Source: Fervidobacterium sp.
GTDB lineage: Bacteria; Thermotogota; Thermotogae; Thermotogales; Fervidobacteriaceae
Direction: 5' to 3'
NCBI GenBank assembly: GCA_049970055.1
Contig: JBMFNR010000002.1
Span: forward strand, 1-52,306
Length of the DNA: 52,306 nucleotides
The position numbers and the translations under genes were made by a program. Numbering within the stretch: the first letter of the stretch is position 1; the number at the start of each line of letters is the position of its first letter. Positions 45,987-52,306 of the stretch are shown here, in pieces. The notes under the pieces were generated by a model. The model saw only the letters and a list, made by a program, of their open reading frames with translations, was not told where the DNA came from and searched no databases.

Positions 45987-46480
45987 TACTCATAACCGGT
46001 GGTGTGAAAAGTGGCAAGAGTTCATTCGCTTTAAAACTTGCAAAAAGTTACAATCGGAAAGCATTTTTAGCAACAGGGGTACCTTTCGACGAAGAAATGA
46101 GAAAGCGCATAGAAAAGCACAAAAAAGAACGCTCAGAAGATTTTGATACATACGAAGAACCCATTAATGTTGTCGAAATACTTGATCGAATTGATGGGAA
46201 GTACGACGTCATTGTTTTTGAATGCGTAACTACGTACCTTGGCAACTTGTACTATTACGACCTTAGCATCGAAGAACATATTGATAAGTTTGTTGATGGA
46301 CTGAAGAACATGAAATCAGAGATAATAATTGTCACCAACGAAGTTGGATGGGGAGTAATCCCAGAAAACGAATTGGCGAGGAAATACGTAGAAACCCTCG
46401 GCAAACTTAACTCAAAACTTGCAAGCTTATCACATAAAGTATACCTCATTATTAGTGGAATAGAGGTGCAAATCAAATGA
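45983..46480 (+). CDS. cobU: Adenosylcobinamide kinase / cobinamide-phosphate guanylyltransferase
   Basis: ITGGVKSGKS, LATG…DEEMRKRIEKH, ECVT, VTNEVGWG…P. Confidence 0.94.
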   Translation: MILITGGVKSGKSSFALKLAKSYNRKAFLATGVPFDEEMRKRIEKHKKERSEDFDTYEEPINVVEILDRIDGKYDVIVFECVTTYLGNLYYYDLSIEEHIDKFVDGLKNMKSEIIIVTNEVGWGVIPENELARKYVETLGKLNSKLASLSHKVYLIISGIEVQIK

Positions 46481-47160
46481 AGTATCAAAAAAATCTACAG
46501 AAACAACATCTGATTGGAACAACATCTTGGTTAATTCCGGGCACATACTATGAAAACGCACGATTAGTCGCTCAACTTGTTGATTTTGTCGAATTACTTA
46601 TCTATACATGGGATGAAGAAACAAAAGAACTTCTCGATAAAGAACTCAAAAGTTTGAAGAAATTACACGAAAAATACGGATTGGTATATTCCGTTCATTT
46701 ACCGGTGGATACTTTGGAAAACGTAAAAGCCGTACTGAGATACTTTAATGAAGACAAAAATGGTGAAGAAGGCTTAGATAAAAAATTACCCATTATTAAC
46801 TACGTAGTTCATCCATTTAACGATAGTGATTTCTTAGAAATCATAAATTCAAATGAAAAAATAGCTGTCGAGAATTTATCACAAGAAGTTATTAACCACC
46901 ATCGAACAGTTTTCGATATCGGCCATCACTTACTTGGTAAAAAAGTTGATCATTCATTTTTGGAAAACATTGTCGAAGTTCATGTCATGGGCGTTGAAAA
47001 CGGAAAGGACCATAAAAAATTGAATGAGAAAACGTTAGATGAAATCTACAAAATCCTGAGAAATAAGTTTCACAAAGTGGATTACGTATGTTTTGAGGTT
47101 TTTGACTTAAATGACTTAATAGAATCACTCAAAATTTGGAAAAAGTACAAGAAGTTATAG
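46477..47160 (+). CDS. cbiR: Cobamide-remodelling phosphodiesterase CbiR-like (AP endonuclease 2 / TIM barrel)
   Basis: IGTTSWLIP…N…VDFVEL, SVHLP, VVHP, AVEN, FDIGH, EVH, DH, FEVF metal-ligand pattern; located between cobU and cobS. Confidence 0.72.
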   Translation: MKYQKNLQKQHLIGTTSWLIPGTYYENARLVAQLVDFVELLIYTWDEETKELLDKELKSLKKLHEKYGLVYSVHLPVDTLENVKAVLRYFNEDKNGEEGLDKKLPIINYVVHPFNDSDFLEIINSNEKIAVENLSQEVINHHRTVFDIGHHLLGKKVDHSFLENIVEVHVMGVENGKDHKKLNEKTLDEIYKILRNKFHKVDYVCFEVFDLNDLIESLKIWKKYKKL

Positions 47161-47195
47161 CTAGATTATAGCTATGCGCAAGAAGGTGTTTAAAA

Positions 47196-47969
47196 ATGAG
47201 GGAAAACAATCGAGATAAGATTCAAAAGAATGTCCAAGATAATATCGTTGATATTTTGTTAACATTCTCATTTATATCACGCCTTCCCATAAAACTCAAA
47301 GATTTACCGGATTGGAAAGAGAGAACAAAAAAAATCCCTGCGTATTTTCCACTCGTAGGATACGTACCTGGCTTCATCTACGCGTTGGGAAGCTTTTTAA
47401 CATTAAGATTAGGTATCATTGCACCCGTGCTGTCTTTGATCTTTGGTTTTTATTATTTCGATTTATTCCACTTCGATGGCTTATTAGATACTTTGGATGG
47501 ATTCTTAAACCAATCATCAAAAGAAAAGAGATTGGAGATAATGAGTAAAGGTAATGTGGGACCATTCGCTGTATTTTACGGTGTACTTTACGTCATCATA
47601 TTCTGGGAATTATTCAACCAAATACCATTTTACTATCTATTATTTGGTAGTGTTTTTGGTAGGTACGCTATGGACGTGGTATTGCTTTTCTCCAAACCTG
47701 CTAAAAGTCAAGGGCTTGGAGCCATACTCTTCCCTTTTGAAAAATCACTCTTGATCCCAGCAACGGTATTGACAACACCACTTGCGTTTCTTGGAATTAA
47801 AGAATACATCACATCACTAACACTTTCCTGGATAACGGGCTTCATCATCTCTAAGATCTCCGAAAGACAAATCGGTGGAATAACTGGGGACGTACTTGGT
47901 GGAAGTTGCCTATTAACACAATTAGCTATTTTACTTACCATTGGCTATGTTGTTAACTATGTGAGGTGA
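47196..47969 (+). CDS. cobS: Adenosylcobinamide-GDP ribazoletransferase (cobalamin synthase)
   Basis: FISRLP, YFPLVG, HFDGLLDTLDG…RLEIM, GLG, GGITGDVLG; multi-TM. Confidence 0.93.
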   Translation: MRENNRDKIQKNVQDNIVDILLTFSFISRLPIKLKDLPDWKERTKKIPAYFPLVGYVPGFIYALGSFLTLRLGIIAPVLSLIFGFYYFDLFHFDGLLDTLDGFLNQSSKEKRLEIMSKGNVGPFAVFYGVLYVIIFWELFNQIPFYYLLFGSVFGRYAMDVVLLFSKPAKSQGLGAILFPFEKSLLIPATVLTTPLAFLGIKEYITSLTLSWITGFIISKISERQIGGITGDVLGGSCLLTQLAILLTIGYVVNYVR

Positions 47970-47975
47970 GAATAT

Positions 47976-48809
47976 ATGTACTTAATGATCCAAGGAACAA
48001 TGTCAAATGTTGGAAAGTCCACGCTAACCTTAGCACTTTGCAGGTACTTTACTAACAAAGGCTTGAATGTTTATCCTTTCAAATCACAAAATATCTCTGG
48101 AAAATTTATTGAAACCGAAAATGGGAAGCTCGCCGGAGCACAATATTTACAAGCAATCGCATGCAAGAGACCACCAGAACCAACAATGAACCCTCTCTTG
48201 ATAGTGCCAAAAGAAGGAAAACTTCAAGCTTATTTCTTAGGTGAATTCATCGGAACAATTTATTCGCGCAAGTACATGTACGAAGAAAAAAGTGAGCTTT
48301 TCAAAAAGATTATTGAAATTTTGAAAGAACTGGATAATAAACATGATCTGATAATAATCGAGGGTGCCGGCGCTTGTGCAGAACCGAATTTAAAGGATAA
48401 AGAAATTGTTAATATGAGGATAGCCAAAGCTGTTAAAAGCCCTGTTTTATTAATCTCCGATATATCACTTGGTGGCGCTTTTGCCCAGATTGCTGGAACG
48501 ATGGAACTACTCGATGGCGAAGAGAAAAAACTGATTAAAGGTTTTATATTTAACAAATTCAAAGGTGACACATCGTTGCTCGAAGATTACCCTCAGCGTT
48601 TAGCGCAGCGCTATGGAATACATTACCTTGGGACCATTCCCTACTTTGAAAACAAATTACCAGACGAAGACTTGAAAACAACAAAAAGACAAGAAGTTGA
48701 TATCTTAAAACACACAGAAGAAGTGGAAAGAGAAATCGAAAAAATAGCTAATCACTTCGTATCACACATCGACATCGAAAAATTAGAAAAAATATTGAAA
48801 GAGCATTGA
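47976..48809 (+). CDS. cobQ: Cobyric acid synthase homolog lacking the glutamine amidotransferase domain
   Basis: QGTMSNVGKS, PFKSQN, AQYLQA, MNPLL, IEGAG…E.NL, NKFKGD, LPDED then directly the C-terminal helix; 277 aa. Confidence 0.85.
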   Translation: MYLMIQGTMSNVGKSTLTLALCRYFTNKGLNVYPFKSQNISGKFIETENGKLAGAQYLQAIACKRPPEPTMNPLLIVPKEGKLQAYFLGEFIGTIYSRKYMYEEKSELFKKIIEILKELDNKHDLIIIEGAGACAEPNLKDKEIVNMRIAKAVKSPVLLISDISLGGAFAQIAGTMELLDGEEKKLIKGFIFNKFKGDTSLLEDYPQRLAQRYGIHYLGTIPYFENKLPDEDLKTTKRQEVDILKHTEEVEREIEKIANHFVSHIDIEKLEKILKEH

Positions 48810-48835
48810 AAAAATAGCGAAAGGACATTGAATGT

Positions 48836-49762
48836 ATGAGATATCTAAGCGAGAAAGTGTTAATCCTCATTAGTGCCATATTAATCGACTTAATTTTTGG
48901 TGAATACCCATCTGTTATCCACCCAGTTGTTTACATGGGCAAGATGGGAAAAATTTTTGAAAAATACTACCAAACAAAAAAATATGGCATACCTTCGCAA
49001 GGACCCTCGCACACGCGCGCATACGTACTAGGTATGGGAGCACTAATTTTAGAACTCTTCGTATGGCTCACGTTGACAGTCTTTGTGACATTTTACATTC
49101 CTGAAGAGAACATACAACTGAAAATACTAAAGATTTCTTTAGAAATATTCCTATTAAAATCCACATTCTCAGTAAAAGCTCTGTACCAGCACGTTCAGAA
49201 CTGTCAAATGGAAGACATAAACCAATTGAGAAAGAACGTTTCTATGATAGTCTCACGTGATACAACAAGACTTGACAAACCACATCTTTACTCCGCCACA
49301 ATCGAAAGCCTGGCGGAAAATATTTCCGATAGCATAACAGGTCCTTTGTTTTACTATGCTTTCTTAGGTTTACCTGGAGCTGTTGTTTACCGTGTTGTTA
49401 ACACATACGATGCACTATTTGGGTATAGAAACGAAAAGTACGAATGGTTTGGGAAATTTCCAGCCAGAACAGATGATTTACTTAATTTAGTTCCATCCAG
49501 ACTAACGGCACTAATAATTTCACTGTTTAACCTAAAGGGTGCGTGGGAATACATAAAAAAATATGGAGCTATAAAAATTAACGCCACGTACCCTATGAGC
49601 GCATTTGCAGGAGTACTGGGCGTAGGTTTTGAAAAAATAGGCTATTACAAATTCCATGGGAGATTACCGAACATTCATGACATACCCAGGGCGTTGCAAC
49701 TGTATAAAAAAGTCGTATTAATTCTACTCGTGGTGGTGATCTTATTGTGCATGGTGGTATAA
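48836..49762 (+). CDS. cbiB: Adenosylcobinamide-phosphate synthase CbiB
   Basis: DLIFGE…HPVVYMG, IVSRDT, ESLAENISD…PLFY, YRVVNTYDALFGY, FGKFPARTDD…PSRLTA. Confidence 0.93.
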   Translation: MRYLSEKVLILISAILIDLIFGEYPSVIHPVVYMGKMGKIFEKYYQTKKYGIPSQGPSHTRAYVLGMGALILELFVWLTLTVFVTFYIPEENIQLKILKISLEIFLLKSTFSVKALYQHVQNCQMEDINQLRKNVSMIVSRDTTRLDKPHLYSATIESLAENISDSITGPLFYYAFLGLPGAVVYRVVNTYDALFGYRNEKYEWFGKFPARTDDLLNLVPSRLTALIISLFNLKGAWEYIKKYGAIKINATYPMSAFAGVLGVGFEKIGYYKFHGRLPNIHDIPRALQLYKKVVLILLVVVILLCMVV

Positions 49763-50772
49763 ACGACGAAACATTACTCGATTTTTCGATATCTGTAAAT
49801 CCGTTCATTCCACAATTTATTCAGGAAGCGCTGGAAAATTCCATAAAATTTCAAAATAGATACACGTACGTCGAATGGGCGGAGGAAGATTTCAAAAAAC
49901 ACTTTGGACAAGATAGCGTAATAGTAGCCGGGACAACTGAGGCACTCCATATACTTGGTTGGACGGTAATGAAAAACGCAACTGTCGTAATTCCTCAACC
50001 AAATTACACAGAGTACGAACGTGTGGCATCTTTCAGTGCAAAGAACATAATAAAACCTTGGACTTTTCAGCAAGATGAGGATTACTTCGCAAAGATCGAC
50101 AAAACAATCGAGAAAGAATATAAGCAGGGCGGCAAGATAGTGCTGATAACCGGTAATCCAAATAACCCAACGGGATCTTACACCGACTTCAGTGAATTTT
50201 CTAAATACTGCATGAGAAAGTACGGTAATGATGTATTGATAATCATAGATGAATCGTTCGTTGATTTTGTTCAACCGGGGCGGACACAAAGTTCACCACC
50301 GTCAAACACCATCTTACTACGCACATTTACAAAAATATTGGGAATTCCTGGCGTTCGTATTGGGTATGTGAGATCTAACTTAACCGACTTGTTTAAAAAG
50401 TACAGAATGCCTTGGGCTATAGGTGGGACCGGCTATAGCGTTGTAAAGAGCGTAACAAAAAATTATAACGAATACCTTGATTTCGTAATACAAAGCGCAC
50501 AATACTTCGAAAAGGAACGCTCGAAATTCAAAAAACTTACAAAACTTGAATCTAAAACAAATTACTTAGTTATAGAAGTCAAAGATGCTGACGCATTTCA
50601 AATATTCGCACATGCTAACAAACTCCACGTAAGAGTGATGAAAGATTTTGGAATGGAAAGTTGCGTAAGAATTGGACTGAGAAGAGAAACAGAAAACGAC
50701 AAAATGAGGAAGGTGATTGAAGAATGGTTTTCTCATCGTGGAGTGGTGGGAAAGACAGTGCACTTGCACTAA
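49747..50772 (+). CDS. cobD: Threonine-phosphate decarboxylase (PLP-dependent)
   Basis: MHGG…DFSISVNP, GNPNNPTG, IDESFVDF, RTFTKILGIPGVRIGY, PW; cob operon context. Confidence 0.85.
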   Translation: MHGGINDETLLDFSISVNPFIPQFIQEALENSIKFQNRYTYVEWAEEDFKKHFGQDSVIVAGTTEALHILGWTVMKNATVVIPQPNYTEYERVASFSAKNIIKPWTFQQDEDYFAKIDKTIEKEYKQGGKIVLITGNPNNPTGSYTDFSEFSKYCMRKYGNDVLIIIDESFVDFVQPGRTQSSPPSNTILLRTFTKILGIPGVRIGYVRSNLTDLFKKYRMPWAIGGTGYSVVKSVTKNYNEYLDFVIQSAQYFEKERSKFKKLTKLESKTNYLVIEVKDADAFQIFAHANKLHVRVMKDFGMESCVRIGLRRETENDKMRKVIEEWFSHRGVVGKTVHLH

Positions 50773-51365
50773 ACAGGGTATTAAAAGAAGTTGGGAAAGT
50801 TGATATACTTTTTACTATGCTTGACGAAACTTGCGAAAGGACAAGAGCACATGGACTACCAAAGAGTATAATTCAAAGACAAGCGGAAAGCATTGGTGCA
50901 AAATCGATCACAAAGTGTGCGTCATGGGAAACATACGAAAGCGAATTTTTAAAATTCTTGGAAGAACATGCCCAAAATGGCGTTGGAATATTCGGTGATA
51001 TAGACTTGCAAGAGCATAAAGACTGGGTTGAAAGGGTATGCAGTACATACAATGTGAAAGCACTTGAACCATTATGGTTTGAGGAAAGAGAAAAATTACT
51101 TGAGGAATTCTTAGCACTTGGTTTCAAAGCAATAATAATCGCTGTTAAAAATGGTTTTGAACAATTACTTGGCTTGGAACTACATAAATTGGAGACAATA
51201 AAACTAATTGAAAAACTTGGCTCAGATCTTTCTGGTGAGAATGGTGAATATCATACCATCGTTTACGATGGACCAATATTCAACTTTCCAATACAATTCA
51301 AAATTTCAGGGCAGTATAAAACGGACAAAAATACTTACTTAATCATCGAAGAAAGGAGCTATTAA
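50724..51365 (+). CDS. DUF71/COG2102 PP-loop ATPase (diphthine--ammonia ligase family)
   Basis: SWSGGKDSALA, RAHG…QAE, FGDIDL…W, EPLW, GENGEYHT…DGPIF. Confidence 0.9.
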   Translation: MVFSSWSGGKDSALALNRVLKEVGKVDILFTMLDETCERTRAHGLPKSIIQRQAESIGAKSITKCASWETYESEFLKFLEEHAQNGVGIFGDIDLQEHKDWVERVCSTYNVKALEPLWFEEREKLLEEFLALGFKAIIIAVKNGFEQLLGLELHKLETIKLIEKLGSDLSGENGEYHTIVYDGPIFNFPIQFKISGQYKTDKNTYLIIEERSY

Positions 51366-51366
51366 C

Positions 51367-51876
51367 ATGGGGTATATACATGTTTACACGGGTAACGGGA
51401 AAGGAAAAACTACCGCGGCCATGGGGCTTGCGCTCCGTGCAATTTGTTCGGGGAAAAAGGCCTACATGGGACAATTCATCAAAGGAATGAAGTACAGTGA
51501 GCTGGAGGCACCCAAATATCTTCCAAACTTTGTAATTGAACAATATGGAAGAGATTGTTTCATCAAGAAAAACCCAGAGAAAATCGATATACAACTTGCC
51601 AGACAAGGGCTTGAAAAAGTGACAAAAATAATCCAACAGGGACAATACGATATCGTAATCCTCGATGAAGTCAATGTCGCAATATACTATGGCCTATTCA
51701 CAGTGCAAGACGTTATCCGAGCGCTAACCAACAGACCAGAGCACGTTGAAATCATTTTAACTGGCAGGTATGCTCCACAAGAACTTATCGACATAGCAGA
51801 CCTAGTTACAGAAATGCGAGAGGTTAAGCATTACTTCCAAAAAGGTATCTTGGCAAGGGAAGGAATTGAATACTAA
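51367..51876 (+). CDS. cobO: Cob(I)yrinic acid a,c-diamide adenosyltransferase (CobO/BtuR)
   Basis: VYTGNGKGKTTAAMGLALRA, QFIKG, ILDE, ILTGR, ADLVTEM…KH…GIEY. Confidence 0.95.
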   Translation: MGYIHVYTGNGKGKTTAAMGLALRAICSGKKAYMGQFIKGMKYSELEAPKYLPNFVIEQYGRDCFIKKNPEKIDIQLARQGLEKVTKIIQQGQYDIVILDEVNVAIYYGLFTVQDVIRALTNRPEHVEIILTGRYAPQELIDIADLVTEMREVKHYFQKGILAREGIEY

Positions 51877-51879
51877 TTA

Positions 51880-51915
51880 AAAAACCACAGTGCACTAAGT
51901 TGCACTGTGGTTTTT
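51880..51915. terminator. Bidirectional intrinsic terminator
   Basis: aaaaaccacagtgca-ctaagt-tgcactgtggttttt, perfect 15-bp stem. Confidence 0.88.
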
Positions 51916-51937
51916 GTTTCATTTAGTTTTTCCGCTT

Positions 51938-52306
51938 TTACATTCTTGGTGATCTTTGCATCCCACGTGCTGGTACTCTATTTGTATTGTTTGCTCTATT
52001 TGGTGCTTTTCTTCCAGGTTTCACATCGTCTATGTTTATTGTTTTTCCTCCAACCGTTACCTTTTCTGCTACGATATATTTTTCACTGCTTGTTGTCAAT
52101 AACCTTCCGCTGATCTCTATACTATCTCCTGCTTTTAAACTAGCTGCTCTAAATATCGGCCCTGCATGTACATCATACACATCATTTCCAACTTGTACCT
52201 TAAGAATAAACCCTTTGATTGTATCAAATGAAACTTCTTTTATCGTGCCCTTGAATGTCTGTAATGCCCCTAATGTTGCGTCTTGTGGAAGGTTTCTGTA
52301 AAGTCT
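51938..52306 (-). CDS. 3' part of a hypothetical OB-fold-like protein (start outside the window)
   Basis: Frame is open to the window edge: …FKGTIKEV…YDVHAGP…LKAGDSIEISG…AEKVTVGG, then a basic low-complexity tail. Confidence 0.65.
   Translation of the reverse strand, partial: RLYRNLPQDATLGALQTFKGTIKEVSFDTIKGFILKVQVGNDVYDVHAGPIFRAASLKAGDSIEISGRLLTTSSEKYIVAEKVTVGGKTINIDDVKPGRKAPNRANNTNRVPARGMQRSPRM

Noticed and set aside
49774..50289. 171-aa antisense ORF, and the many other 60-135 aa ORFs opposite or inside annotated genes (e.g. 7689-8096, 17001-17408, 22405-22758, 33161-33517, 4262-4594)
   Set aside because: They lie wholly within well-supported genes, have no family motif, and look like typical shadow ORFs.

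Overview
AT-rich bacterial chromosome segment. Gene content and protein style suggest Thermotogota, probably Fervidobacterium-like; this is an inference and no search was run. Layout: (1) 1-6.9 kb, + strand: membrane GGDEF protein, PrcB_C protein, then psuG, a very compact sigma-54-like factor, yfcE, yigZ and an aminotransferase. (2) 7.1-24.0 kb, - strand: an Opp/Dpp-family ABC transporter whose OppC carries a ~510-aa insertion, followed by an alpha-glucan cluster (lipoprotein GH13 amylase, DOMON-like lipoprotein, lipoprotein with two SusE/F-like repeats, a predicted beta-barrel, a 3xCBM48-beta-barrel fusion, another lipoprotein). This cluster resembles a TonB-independent, Sus-like surface starch-capture system and is the most novel-looking element. 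(3) 24.2-42.3 kb, + strand housekeeping run: HD protein, coaX, B12 radical SAM, degenerate site-2 protease, zapB/zapA-like, murI, rapZ, yvcK, whiA, nrdR, greA, lysS, two foldase paralogs, SDR, purH with a decayed transformylase half, a frameshifted methyltransferase and an M48 peptidase. (4) potD and an aldo/keto reductase on the - strand. (5) 44.7-51.9 kb: a cobalamin riboswitch upstream of a cobamide salvage/remodelling operon (cobT, cobU, cbiR-like, cobS, glutaminase-less cobQ, cbiB, cobD, DUF71, cobO). No rRNA, tRNA, CRISPR array or transposase was recognised. All calls come from motif recognition by eye.
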